A stretch of DNA of 64,000 bases from Mytilus trossulus (GCF_036588685.1 NC_086378.1:9052001-9116000), one strand, 5' to 3'. Shown: positions 26,657 through 40,706, counted from the stretch's first letter. Notes: generated from the letters alone by a model not told the origin. A program made the numbers and translations.

Positions 26657-26910
26657 GAATAAACTCATCATAGATACCAGGACTAAATTTTGTATATTCG
26701 CCAGACGCGCGTTTTGTAACGAAAGACTCAACAGTGACGCTCGAATCCATCAAAATGTTAAAAAAGGCTAAATCAAGTACAAAGTTGAAGAGCATTAAGG
26801 ACAAAATTCCTAAAAGTTTTGCCAAATACAGCTTAGATAATCTATGCTTGAGGTAGAAAACCCTTATTGTTTCGCAAATTCTAAATTTTGCAAACAGTTA
26901 ATTTATAAAT
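26657..26910 (-). mobile_element. Retrozyme subfamily B fragment, degenerate hammerhead (26699-26741)
   Basis: Reverse complement gagcgtca CTGTTGA gtct..ttac AAAA cgcgcg tc tggcg, followed by the B-type flank tcctggtatctatgatgagtttatt. Confidence 0.75.
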
Positions 26911-29117
26911 TTCTGATCGTTACAGTCAGTAGGAATAGAAGTTTGTTTATTTTACCGTTTTAGTTGGACACAGAGGGGTTCTGCTGAAACGCCCTGACAA
27001 TTTTATTTTGAAGAATTAAGAGTTTTGTAATTTCATACGTTTAAATGGGCTGTGCATTAGAATGCATTATTTTTTTCCTGTGTGTTTTATTCATATGTAG
27101 CATAGAGGGCGTAGGTTTTCACTCTTTAAAATCCTTTTCGCTTTAGTTGTATTCATTCAGCACGAAAAGGTCAATCTAAAAAGTCGAAATTTTCTTGGTA
27201 TAATTTACTTCTTGTTAGAGTAGATATATCTTTTGTTTTTAAAGACTTTTTAGTTTTATACTGCTGTTTGACTTATATATTATATGTGAAGATATATTTT
27301 TGAATAATGATAAATTCAAATATCCATAGCTTTATATTGCATGTCTATTTATATATTTGATAACAGAGTGTTTATCTATACTTGGATATTTGGTACAAGT
27401 TTTGGTTTTATGTCTACAATGATGGTGGTTTGTAATAGGATAATACAAAACCATGACATTCTGTAAAATTAAGTCCTAAGGCAGTGCATTTACAAGCATC
27501 ATTTATTCGGTTGCTACAGTCATTGTTGTTCTACAGTTATTGTTTTAGCAATAATCTGGGTTTTTTTTCAAATTTAATCATTTCTTCTCGTTTTTTATTT
27601 GCATCAATAGTTATCCGTTGCTGAGGCATGTACGGGATTTATTTACTAGTTCTTGTCATTTGCTTGATCGTTTATTGAAATATATCTGATCAGCAATCGC
27701 ACCATATTTTTTTCTTTTTTATTTAAATCAGTTAGATAACTAATACTTTATTATAGCATATCTAATGTTGTGAAGAATAAATTTTCGGATAGTAATTGCG
27801 TCTTTTATCCTTTCTAGATTTCTTGTGTTATAAAAAGACAACCAGATAAACAATAGTACACATGACACAACATAGAAAACTAAAGAATAAACAACACGAA
27901 CCCTACACAAAACTAATGGTGATCTCATATGCTCCGGAAGGGTAAAATTATGTTATTGGGAAAAAGTCACAAGGCTCCAAACTGCAATTTTCCGAACAAT
28001 TTGAAATCGAAAAACTGTTTCAATCACTGTTTAAATGTAATCATCTCATTTTCACTTCATTGTAAGGTTAATATTGTTTATAAATTTAATGAGAGGCTAA
28101 AGAACTCACAAATTGGATTCAAATGGATTCACTAGATATAAAGTGGTTCAACATCACCTACTTAACATTTCTGAACTTACATATAATCTGAATTGATAAT
28201 TTGTTAATACAATTAACTTTTATTTCTAATTAGATAAAAGAAGATATGGAAATGAGTGCCATTGAGACAACTCCCCATCCAAGTAACAATTTGAGAAAGG
28301 TAAGTCATTTTAGGTCAAATTACCGCTTTTAATCCACTGTCCTAGGTTAGGGGAGTGTTAGGATCCCGCTAACATGTTTAACCCCGACACATTCTGTATT
28401 TATGTGCCTTTCCCAAGTCAGGAGCCTGCAGTTCAGTGGTTGTCGTTTGTTAATGTATTACACATTTGTTATTCTTTCATTTTTTGTACATAAATATGGC
28501 CGTTAGTTGTCGGGGCCTTTTTTGGCTGACTCTACGGTATAGGCTTTGTTCATTGTTTAAAGACGTAAGGTGACCTATAGTTGTTAATTGCTGTGTCATT
28601 TTGCCTCTTGTGGAGAGTTATTTCATTGGCAATCATACCTCATTGTCTTTTTTGTATTAATCAAATGCGCTTCCCTCAGTTTTATTTTGAAACCCGGAAT
28701 TTTTTTTTTTCTCTATCGATTTATGAATTTCGAACAGCGGTATACTACTGTTGCCTTTATTTGGAAAACAGCTGTCATAGTCCTGTCTTGTTACATACAT
28801 TGCCTTCTGTAGAAAATGGCGGATTAAATCTGGTTCTATAGCTATGTTAACTCCTTATTTGTAAGATAGTAGCATACAATTCTAACATATTGACCACATA
28901 GCAAAGCCCATACCCCATTGTCAGTTATAAAAGGCCTTTTCTTTAACATAATAAATGCTACATTTAAAGTCAGTAGCAATCGGCATGATTAAAAAGACGC
29001 ATTGATTCGAATCAACCATTTGTTTGATATTTACATGATGTGTGAAGTTATAAAATCGCAGTGACAAAAACAATAAAGGACGAGTGTTTTGATTGATTTT
29101 GTTCCCGATAGTTGCCG

Positions 29118-29319
29118 ATAATTTCCTGACGTTTTTACAAATGCATGATGACAGCTGAATATTTTATTGAATGCAGCCATCATGGTCCCACTTCTTATGA
29201 TTCCGTCTATTTTTATATAAAATATGATAAATGATGACAGCTGAATATTCGATTGAATGCAGCCATCATGGTCCCACTTCTTATGATTCCGTCTATTTTT
29301 ATATAGAATATGATAAATG
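29118..29319 (-). pseudogene. Degenerate CuB-site fragment of a tyrosinase exon 4, tandemly duplicated (86-bp unit)
   Basis: Translates IDGIIRSGTMMAAFNKIFSCHHAFV versus VDGTMASGTIAAFDPIFWCHHAFV in paralog 5; units 29145-29230 and 29231-29316. Confidence 0.75.
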
Positions 29320-29566
29320 CAAACAAAAATCGCATCTATTGTTAGATTTTGCATTTTTTCAACTTCATTAACTGAGGAAAGATGAGTCCGGTCCATCACT
29401 AACGGAACATAACAAAAATATTTCAGTAACGAAATTTGTTTACTAGTACCTAACTTTGGTGAAATACATTTGTTTTAAGTAGGTTAACAATGGGCATATT
29501 AAAAACAAACGCAGTAAGGTATATTAAGCATGTGCCAATGTTTAATAACATTAATACAACAGTATT

Positions 29567-32500
29567 TTAAACGTCGAAAACAGAAATAGCACGAGTGTTA
29601 GGAGAGATATCATTTACCTCAAACAAATTTAGAGGAGTCCCAGCCGGTATTTCTTGCAGTATAGCTTGTTTTATACCTTGTAATGTTATATTATCTGGGC
29701 CTTGAGGTACACTTAAGGCAGCAAACGGGTATGCGATTGCATCTTGTACAATTGTTTCTTCACTTACTCTCTCCAGAGATACACATATATCTTTCTCTCT
29801 GTTACAGTATAGATCTTCACTATTTGAACAAAGATTTTTGCATGATGGCGCGGAATCATATCGTCGAAGACGCGCATATTTGTTACTGTAACCTTGTTGA
29901 TTTGTAATCGGTGGATTTGGTTGGTATATGTAACTGTTAAATCTCATTTGACCATCTGGAGGGTGCTCTGGAAATCCTAATGGATAATCTGCAGGGGCAT
30001 TCCGAATGCGTTTTCTAAATAATTCCCAGACGTAGTCAACATACGCATGATGACACCAGAATATTGGATCGAAAGCAGCAATCATCCCGCTTGCCATATT
30101 TCCATCTACCCAACGGTGTACACTGTTGTGATATCCTTCCCAAAAATACTTCATTTTTTCCCTTCGCACAATCTGACTATGCCTTTTTCTTGAAAGAACA
30201 AGCGCAACTGCTTTCTTAGTAATAAGGTTTGCAGTCGCACCGATATTACGTCTTATTTTAGCTCCAGGTAAGTTTGCAAAAAATCCTTCGGTAACCTCGC
30301 CAAAAGGTGTCCCAAAATATTTGTTTGAAAACAAAATGGTTCTTGCTTGACGTTTTCCCATAGCTTCATCTAACGTGGAGTCCCAGTATGGAGTAGTTAC
30401 ACCTGGACCAAAAACAGATTGCAATGCAGCTTCATATCTGAAAATAACAAGCAGTTCAAATATTGTGTTTAATAATTTATGTTATATTTACAATGCAAAA
30501 AGATACAATTCATTTATGTACAAGGAATAATCGTTTCAATCTTTTGTACATGCATAAGTATGAATCATTTATGTTCATTGCTTTAAAAGTAAACCTCTTT
30601 TCACAGATAGGGAACACATACCATAAGTGCAATCAAAAATGCTTATTTTGAAATCTGTGGTACATAGTAAGCTAGTAATTTTTTTTTTTAATTTTCATTT
30701 TGAAAGCAGGAGGAATTAGTACAAACAACTTTTTGATTGAACTTAACTATTTTTATTAGTTGATTGAAAGCGTTTGATTTTGTCAGTTTTTATAGTTAAC
30801 TCTTGTAAGTTAAATCATTCTTTTACTAAAATAAATGTTTGTCTCTCTCTTTTGATATCAGATTCTTCAATCTTTACAGCGCAGAACTGAAATTTTGTAT
30901 CTCTTTTTTTCAAACATTCAATTTGTTGTTTTCCATCTTTCAAAACTATATATTTTTTCCGTTTCGTCTTTGATTTTTACTTCTTTGAATGTTATATTAC
31001 GTATTTTAACAACTGGTTTTTTATACAGGATTCTATCTATTTTTTTGGTTTAAGGGCATACGATACCGTTACAGGGTTAAAGGAGAATTTACATTTAACG
31101 AATTGTGAATCTGTAACAAACAACTAATATAGGAAGATGTGGTAAGGTGCCAATGAGACAACTCGCCATCCAATAGATATAGGAAGATGTGGCATGAGTG
31201 CCAATGAGACAACTCTTCATCCAATAGATATAGAAAGATGTGGTATGAGTGCCAATGAGACAACTCTTCATCCAATAGATATAGGAAAATGTGGTATGAG
31301 TGCCAATGAGACAACTCTCCATCCTAATAACAATTTATAAAAGTAAACCATTATAGGTCAAGGTTCGGCCTTCAATACGGAGCCTTGCCTCAAAACGAAC
31401 AACAAGCTCTAAAGGTCCCCAAAAATTAGTAATGTAAAACCATTCAAACGGTAAAACCAAAGGTCTTATCTATATAAAAACGAGAAACACGTATGAACTA
31501 CATGTACATAAACAAACTTCTATACATCAAATTGATGACTTAGGATAGGTGCAAACATTTGCATGCATGTTATTAGTATTCTATGAATGCTCAAATTGTG
31601 TTCCATATAATAAATACTAATTTAAAAAGTTATGATTAGTATTAAGGTTTAATTGTTTTAAAATTTTAAAGAATAAATAATCAAAACAAAAAAAAGGACT
31701 ATAAGGTTACTTGGAAAAAGACAAATTATTGCTAGGTTAAGTGTTACAAAATATAAAAGATATATAAATGCAAGTCATAAAATTTGTGCAATGATCGATA
31801 TTGATAAAAAAAAATAAACAAATCATAAATACATATACACAAACCAGATGAAATGAAATAATACTAAAATATGTTTCAGTTCAACAAGTGACTTTTGACA
31901 AAGTGATAAAACTAATAATTTATTGTTTGCTAAAAGAGCTTACTCATACATACATATGTGGTAATAAAACGTAATAAAGAAGAAAGTTCATATCAAGACT
32001 CTTATTAAAAGGATTAGCTTGTAAAGAATCAGTTGAATCATAATACATTAATTATGAGTTCAGTGGTAGTGTTTGTAGACTAGATTAAAGATGGTCGAAC
32101 TATTTTTGCAACGCGTGTTAGGTTCATTTTGGTGATGAATCTCATCTGTTGTTTATACTTAGTTGACTTCTTAAATACGTATATATAAATAAATAATGCA
32201 TTGAGTTTATTATTAAATAATTTAATTTTGGATGTAACGCGTCTTCTGATTGGCTAACGTTATTTAGTTATCTGCCCATAGACATAATTTAGTAATGTGA
32301 CCATGACGTTATCAACGTTTTTTCATGGTTTTCTATGGTTAAAAATTAAATTTAGAATTACATTATAAGAAATGATTGTAATATTTGTTCTGTCTTTTCG
32401 AGGAACTAACATAAAAAATGTGGTGCACACTGTTGAATCTTGTATTTAATGCGTTTCCCCCGTTTTATGTTTATGACCCGGATTTGTTTTTGTCTATCGA

Positions 32501-35500
32501 TTTATGAGTTTTGAACATTGGTATACTATTGTTGCCTTAATTAAAATAACCCGCTACGTGTGTTATTTATTGTGCACTAAACTGTTTATGTTATTTCTTC
32601 ATTTATAGAAAAAATATTACAGTCATTCCTTAAATGCTTCAACTTTTTTTTATGATAGAAATGCATTGCACCCTAAAGCCATGACATATAAGCATGTATG
32701 AAAACAGAAATAAATATATTCTAAACCATATCAACTTGCACTTACAACAACAAATAAATTCTGTGCCACGAGAAGAAAGCTGGCCCTCTGTGTTCTTGAG
32801 GACTACCTGTGTGAATCATTGCAATGATGTCATAGGTACTCCTATCTGAGCGAATTCCCTGTAATTTTAAAAAATGAAATTTTTGATGCGGGTTTCGTAT
32901 TAATACTATTATTTTGTATGAATCTTTTATAACTACAATGTTGCCCTGTTATCAAGAGATTATGTGGCGAGATACTGTGCTGGAATACCTGATGACCCAA
33001 TATCACAAACATATAACAAATGGTGGTCGACATTTGAATCAAACGTTTTTCTGAAATGCATATCGTAAAGATAATTGTACACACGGAATAGAATTATCAT
33101 TTTTTTTTAAATATTCCTTGTGTGATTTTTTATCTTGTGGAAGTCTCCTGCTGAGGTCTCTTAAAATACTTAGTATTTTTTTGAATTCTCAATGCTCTTC
33201 AACTTAGTACTTTATTTGGCCTTTTTAAACTTTTTGAAATCGGGCGTCACTGATGAGATTTTGTAGACGAAACACGCGTCTGGCGTATGTACTAAATTTA
33301 GTCCTGGTATCTATGATGAGTTTATTTGTAATGTAAATGTGCATCGTTCTACATCAAACCTATTTTTTTCATGTAGTCTGGCATTATGAGAAGATTTCTG
33401 AAGTTGTCAATTTGTTATAAACATTGAGGTTCAAAGCAATTTTAATTCATGAGTTTTGACCAAAAAAATCCTCCGCTGTCTGCATTTCCTTTCAATTACA
33501 TAAACGCTTTAAAACCAGGTTTAATCAACGATTTTCTACATTTGAAATGCCAGTACCAAGTCAGGAATATGACCGTTCTTGTCCATTCGTTTTTGATGCG
33601 TATTGTTATTTGATTTTGCCATGTTATTATGGAAATTCCGAATTGATTTTCCTCTAAGTTCAGTATTTTTGTGATTTTACTTTTTTTTAAACATTCGATA
33701 ACCTGAAAAAATGTATGCTGACTCGGCACGGTTTGAAACATAATCTTATCTGCCATTATGTTAGTTCCAAGTCAAAAGCAAGTCTTTCAATTCTATCCGA
33801 TATCTCCTCTTGAAAACTTTTCTAAGCCTGGTATCAGTGAAGATTTTTTAAAAACTATATAATAATTGACTTGTTAAACAAGCCAGTTTGTGTTTATATA
33901 AAAACAAACTGTCGGACCTTATCCGAGATTGACGGAATGGCGTCACATAAAATATAGTTATGACAACTACTTTGTGAATTGACGCTGATATATTCTAAAA
34001 GATCTGTTCACAAATACCAATTTAAGGCCTTTTGACATTCGCCTAAAAAAATTAAGATGTTTCAATTTTGAACCAGTTGTATAACATTCTGGTTTCCTTC
34101 TTCTTAAAAAGGTCAACATATTTTAGAAGCGCAATAAGTCATTAACATTTACATGTTAAAATATATACATAAGGAAGACGCAAGTCTGTGTCGAACTTAA
34201 ATTGACCTTCCAATTTATTGTTTAGCCTCTTTATAGCAAGTGCATAACCATAATTACATGTTTAAATATATGAAAATAGAAGACACTCGTCTATGTCTAA
34301 CTACAACAATACTTACAAAATGATTTTTTAGCCTCTGTACAGCAAGTGCATACCATAGAAAGTTGGTTTCGTATGGACCTGCTCTTATTTCCCGTCGTAC
34401 TAGTTTTTTAGCAGCCCTTCGTTTATGGCGAGATTTAGAAGCTGTATCCGCCTCACTGTTTATCTTCCGATACAATGCATTTAGGAAATTTGTGGAACTT
34501 GTGTCATTAAGCGTAACTGCTGCCGGTTGTAGAAATTTCTTGAAACATTTTATATTGATGCCTCTCTCAAAACAATCTGTTACATGACCAGTGGAATTTG
34601 TTTGTAAACTTGAGATGTTTGGGAGGAAAGCCACCAGTAACACAGTCAACAATAGACTGCCCTACAAATAAATAAAGCTTTTAATGAACAAGAATATGAA
34701 ACAAAAATAAAATATAAAATTGATTGAAGAGGAAATTATTCTTGTGGTTTTCTTAATTATGTAAGGTTTGTGATGACCTTTCTATCAGTATACATGTTTG
34801 AAAAAGGCTTATACATCTTGAATTTTACTAAACAGTATGGAAAATAGTGTTAGATGTTATATAGATAATTATCCTTGTTATTTAAATTAATTCCAGCAAC
34901 AGTAGCTTATCAAAAAATCAAATCAAACATCGGAATAAATTATTCTTTTGTTGAAAAGGACATTATGTAAGGTAAAAACACGAGAGAACTAAAATATGAT
35001 AATTTTTAAACATGATTATCATATATTTTAAATGGGTACTATGGAAAATTAGAACTTCAATAAAATTTGACAAAACGCCTAAAGCACCGCAAGATATTTA
35101 TAAAATCTGGAAAGAAAACTTGAAAAATAATCTAAAATTTGTTCTTCTTTTGAAAGGCGTTGACATCATTTATTAGAAAAAAATGGAATCGGTAATAGTG
35201 ATAATTTAGACAGTAAATATAGTTTAAGCCTGAGTCAAAGTGCATTTTTCATGGTTTATCGTATAAGAATATCGATTTTATCAATTTATACAAACATAAA
35301 AAAAATTGTAAAAAAAGATTATTTCCCCCAAAAAGCATAAACATGAAGCAAAACATATTGTTAACTTTTTCTAACGTTTTGTTACATATACAGATTATCT
35401 GTCCAACATAAAATTTAATGAGATGTGGTGTGATTTACAATGAGGAAATTATCTAACATAATTATAAAGGCGTGTTTATAAGCAATTACTTATTATAGTT

Positions 35501-37564
35501 CATTGTACGGCCTTCTACAATACGAAAACAAATACTGTATAGTCAGCTAAAAAAAAATGACATGAAAATTCTGAAACAAACCAAACGAGAATACTTTAAA
35601 ACAATACAACAAGTTAGTTTATATTCTTTTTTTTTAGAAATTTAGTAAATAGAGAAGGATGCAACCTTCAGAGATCAACGTACCATGGTTCTGATTTAAC
35701 ACGCCAGACGCGCGTTCGTCTTCGTTAGACTTATTAGTGACGCTCAAATAAAAACAAATATTAAAGCAAAAAAAGCACAAACTTAAAGAGCATTGAGGAT
35801 ACAAAATTCCAATAAGTTATGCCGAAAAGCAGGCCTAAGGTAATTTATGCCAGGAATAAGAAAATTCTTCGTATGTCAAAAAATTCATAATTTGGTGAAC
35901 AGGAAATTCATAAAAATTACCATATAATTGATATTCATGTCAACATCGAAGTGCTGACTACTGTTCTGGAGTACCATCGGAGACGAAACGTTCACCAGAA
36001 GTGACATCGACCCAGTGGTGTAAATAGTTATCAAGTGTACCAGGCTTATAATTAAATACGCCGGACGCGCGTTTCGTCTACATTAGACGCATCAGTGACG
36101 CTCAGAATAAAATAGTTATAAAGACAAATAAGTACAAAGTTGAAGATCGTTGAGGATGATGAAGGATGGTCATATTTAAATCGTTTTTTGTTGTTGTATT
36201 TCTATAGAATGTGTGATGAAGTTATGAAGGTATGAAGATACACATGCAAAACATTTAAAATCAGGAACACTGGTTATTTTTCATCATGAAACTAAATGCA
36301 ATTGCTGGAAAAATTAAAAACCTCTTGACCTTATAACAATCATATTCTGTGTTAAAAGAAAATCAAGCAGCATGATATGAAATCATACAGAAGGGCTAAA
36401 TAAACTTTTGATAAACGGATAACACTTAAGCTTAAAATTTCATTCAGACATTTGTTTTTGTTAATATACAGATGTTGGAAAAAATGTGTCATGCGAAGAC
36501 CGATTATTATACGATATTGTAGCAAGCAATTTCTGGAAATACATAAATATTTTTTCCAAAAAATATTTATAGCTGCAAATAAAAGCGGGCAAAAGGAAAA
36601 ACTCTTTTTTTTTTTTTTGCCGTTTCAAGCAAAAATAATATCAAGGCAACAGTAGTAATTCCTTGTTTAAATCTTGTTATACTTAAAACAGAGAAACGTA
36701 GAGAAAATAAATAAAATTTCGGATCTCACATAGACTCCAAAAGGGATGAGATCGAGTGCGACGACATAGTATGCATCTCATGCTATGAATGAATCGCCCG
36801 TTTTTTGTATACTCGTTTAGTCATGATGAGGTTCACTTAGGGCACAAAACGGCCCAAAATATTAACTTTATCATAAAACACCAAAATTATTACATTTTGG
36901 TTTGGTAATGGATCTGTTTCAAAAGCCTTAATACTAAATAAATCAGTTATTTTCATAAAAGAACAAAATATTCTTCAAAGTAGGCATTTTTTTACATTTT
37001 GTCAAAATATGATGATTTTGTGCAATTTTCAGACCTAAAAGCTTTCAGAAAACCTGGAACAACACCTATGATCCAAATTGTTTTGTAACCGAGAGATTCG
37101 AATGTTGATATTGAATTCATCAACATAAAAAAAAATTGAATCGTGGATGGCGTCCAAGGGTAATTATGCAAAAAACAATTGAAATTATGGAAAACCTTGA
37201 CAAAAATTTACCTAAAAACCTTGACAAAAATTTACCTAAAATACAAATATGGTTTATTAATGGTTCATAGCTTCATAAATTGTGAAGGAAGTGCCATAAA
37301 AATATGTTTTTGTCTTAATATTATATCACAAGTTTTTCTATGTCAAATTTGTATTATTGTGGCCTGGTTTAAAAAAATATTAAAAATGTAGGGCCAATTT
37401 CGACCTTCCTTAACGTTCGCAATCGGTAAGAGGACACACTCGGTAAAATTACAAAACATACACCGATACTCGTAATTAGTTATCAGAGTTACTAGGATTA
37501 TAATTTGATACGCCAGACTCTTGTAATTTTACAAACAACTTACCCATGTTCTCTCGAGACCCAT
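29567..37564 (-). CDS. Tyrosinase-like secreted protein, paralog 4 (449 aa)
   Basis: Exons 37544-37564 (MGLERTW|gtaagt), 34317-34661 (RHKRR), 32746-32858 (IHTGSPQEHRGPAFFSWHR), 29567-30437 (EGYHNSVHRW...FDPIFWCHH). Total 1350 nt, in frame. Confidence 0.92.
31127..31324. repeat. Tandem 4 x ~51-bp repeat of the family D end
   Basis: atataggaagatgtggtatgagtgccaatgagacaactcttcatccaatag units starting at 31127, 31177, 31228 and 31279. Confidence 0.9.
33180..33327 (+). mobile_element. Retrozyme subfamily B fragment with hammerhead 33244-33286 (antisense in paralog 4 intron 2)
   Basis: GCGTCA CTGATGA gattttgtagac GAAA cacgcg TC TGGCGT; core intact, stems II and III weakened; B-type 3' flank. Confidence 0.75.
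35672..36160 (-). mobile_element. Retrozyme subfamily A, ~1.4 units (357-nt spacing), two degenerate hammerheads (35701-35743, 36058-36101), sense in paralog 4 intron 1
   Basis: Homologous to the 5302-5913 repeat; cores read CUAAUAA/GAA and CUGAUGC. Confidence 0.8.
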
Positions 37565-40082
37565 CCTACTTCCAAATCTATCGAAGACCCTAAACAAATG
37601 ACTTTTGTTAGTACTTTGTTGATTATGCACATAATAATTTTAAAATCATTTAAAACATAAATTAAACGACTTTTTATTAGATGTATAAATCCGTCTTGAT
37701 TTGATTGACAAGGTGCATGCGAACTAAATTTACAATTGCAGTTTTTTTTTGTATATTTTTAAGTTCAGTGCATATGGTTCATCTAAAACTAAATTAGAAA
37801 CAAATATTATTACTATGCATATTACAATCACTAATTTATTCTAACTTTTTTTTCTCTTCGGCTCTTGTTCGTGCTTTTAAATGATTTGGCAATCAATACT
37901 AAAATAAAACTAATTTAGTGATCTAAGATTTGTATCAATTAAACATAATTTAATTGGCAATTAAACCATATCATTTTTTAAATCAAATATGTATCACAAG
38001 GTTTTTAGGAATACTGATTTCAAGGTCTTATAAACGTTTTGGTATATAAACATAAGTTCTATATCATATTATTGTACTTCTTTTTAGTCAGATATGTGTC
38101 TTTTACTTAATCATATTTTACTTTACAAATGTATATACCTGCTACTTTCCTATACAATGTCCGTTTTATTCTTCTATGAGTCCATGGGTGATTTTTTTTT
38201 AAATCCTACTTAATTACATTATAATCCAAATGCAACAGGTCATTTTTTTTATTTCACAAGGTTGCACTAATTCATCAGTATAACATGCATATTTTTAAAA
38301 CAATGGCTGACAATGCAACCTCCATGAGAGAATTCTATTTTTAATTTTAATTACAATTGATGTCTCTTTGAGTGATGAATATGTTCATTAGCGATTTGAC
38401 AAATTGTATCATGGTGATACATACAAAAACGACACAATGAATAAAACAATAATACATGTGTTCAAGCGTGTCAACATAAAATATTGTGTGTCGTTTGTGG
38501 AACAGGATACACTAGCTCCTCGTGTTTGTATGTTATTGTATTTGTGTTGTCATTTGCTTAATCATCATGTTGGGATGTTCATAGAATCTGAATATCAAAT
38601 CAAAATTAAACGAAAATATCTTTACACATCATGTGTATGTAAAATAAACGAATGCCTTTAATGTAATTTAACCACATAAAAAATCTCATCAAGAATTCCA
38701 GACTGTTACCTCAGTATATGATACCTTCAGGGTATCGTCAATACAAGAATTAACAGTCAAGCTTTAACCAAAACATTTAAAAGGCAACAGAATATCAGAA
38801 TTTTAAGTCAAAACTGCAAATTCTGAAATAGGGACCATCACTGCTAAGGTTATCTTTGCCCTTTGTAGTAACATTTAGGTGATACAGCTTTAAAAGAAGA
38901 TTTTAAGAAAATATATGTACTTATGATATTAACGGTAAAAACAAAGAATCTTGTTTTAACACAATGAATCAAGTTTCTAGAAAACAAATCTCATATTAAT
39001 ATAAATTGTATACAAACATTGATCAAAAATGGCCAAACATGCCAAAACTTATCAGGTCAATTGTTTTAACCATTGCAAGTTGTAGACAAAAATCGAAAAT
39101 GTTCTATGTATTGTTTCTTATATGTTGTTGTGTTAGGACATTTTAAAGCTAGCTATATGATATTGGTTTTGCTCATTGCCAAAAGCCGTACGGTAAACAA
39201 TAGCTATTTGAATCTGTCTGTTAGTTATCCTTTTATGTTATGTAGGTTAAGCATTTTTTTATATAGGTGAAGCGTTGACTGTTTTATGCGGTTATCTTGA
39301 TCTTGCAATAAAATTATGATGCTTATACTTTTTTAATGTTTGCACCTGCGTCTTGCTATCCTTTAATTTTGATATCATATGCCGTTCCCCCCCCTTTCGT
39401 GGGAAAAATTTGATTGATTATATAGGGAATCACTTAAGCATGACTGGACCGCCCCCTCCTTATGAAAAGTTCTGGAACCGCCACTGGATATATATATAAA
39501 TATTTATAGCGCTCTTACAAATAATAACAACATCTTCCTAATGTTTGCCCATGAGAGATGAAATGTTAGTGTATATTCAAAATATCTTAAGATTGACTAC
39601 TGAACTGATGCTAGCTTAGGGTTAAGAAGTTCATGACCAGCGGAATCATTCCAGCACTGATAAATGAAATAACGTTTTAAAAATCTTGTAACGTCTAAAG
39701 CACTTTTCTCTATTCCCTTTCATTAATTATATGATAATTGTACCAGTTGTCTTTTCTAGATTTGTTACGTTGTTGTCTTGTTCGCTCATCGTCATATGAA
39801 TCAATTAATTCTGATAGTCATATCGGATGATATACATTTTTAAGTAAGATAAAAACAAAAATGGATAACTAGTATTCTAAATCATTTGTTTTATTTTAAT
39901 AGAATCCACAAGGTTATCTAGAAATTGACACAACGTTTCAAACTGTGAATTATCCAATCAAAAGTAATGAAACAAAACAATATCGAAAACCATTTTCAGC
40001 ATTGCTCGAAGGTTATCTCCACATTGCTGTTTCATTGTAACAGTGTTCATATATTTCTACATACTCAATGAAAGGCTTAGAG

Positions 40083-40415
40083 TTCCTTATGTGATAACTA
40101 CAATCCAATTTCCTTTTCACCACGAAGGTGACCTACCGATTTAGACTATTAACTGGGTGTGTAATGACATGAGCAAGACGACGGGTGTCACATGTGGAGC
40201 ATGATCTGCATACCCTTCCGGAGTAACTGAGATCACCCCATCACCACCACCACTACCACCACCCCCTTTTTTTGATGGGGTTTGTGTTGCGGAATCTTTA
40301 GTTTTCTATGTTCTGTCTTGTGAACTATTATTTGTCCTTTTGTCTTTTTATGTTTTAGCAGTCTATTTTCGATCTATGAGTCTGGCTCTCCCTCTGGTAT
40401 CTTTCGCCCTTCTTA
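40083..40415 (+). repeat. Interspersed repeat family E copy
   Basis: atgagcaagacgacgggtgtcacatgtggagc..cccttccggag..tctggtatctttcgccct; multiple homologous copies in the window. Confidence 0.75.
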
Positions 40416-40433
40416 TAAAGAACCAACTTTTAA

Positions 40434-40706
40434 GGTGGTACCCAAAACTTTCACTAAAATTAATTTGGCTCGTTTAATTTTCATAAAATTTTGACAAAGT
40501 ATTTACTTTGACCCTTTAACAAAAATATAAAAAAATTTAAAACTTCGAACGAATCGTTTTGTCAGAAAAAATACACTGGTTATATAGCAGTTTGACAAAC
40601 ACCAGTTTTGATCATTGAGAAGCTTGTTATTTCTCTTACAACACCACGTTATTTAAACGTTTAGCTGACTTTACAGTGTTATCTCCCTGTAGTGTTTGGT
40701 ACCACC
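40434..40706. mobile_element. MITE, perfect TTAA target-site duplication
   Basis: TTAA|GGTGGTACC ... GGTACCACC|TTAA. Confidence 0.8.

Noticed and set aside
31069-31322. His-rich repetitive ORFs (ELSHWHSYHIFLYLLD) resembling a metal-binding peptide, and a CRISPR-like periodicity
   Set aside because: Translation of a 51-bp tandem repeat; there are no unique spacers and the context is eukaryotic intron.
36837-37413. Possible TTAA MITE in paralog 4 intron 1
   Set aside because: Terminal inverted repeats too degenerate to call confidently.
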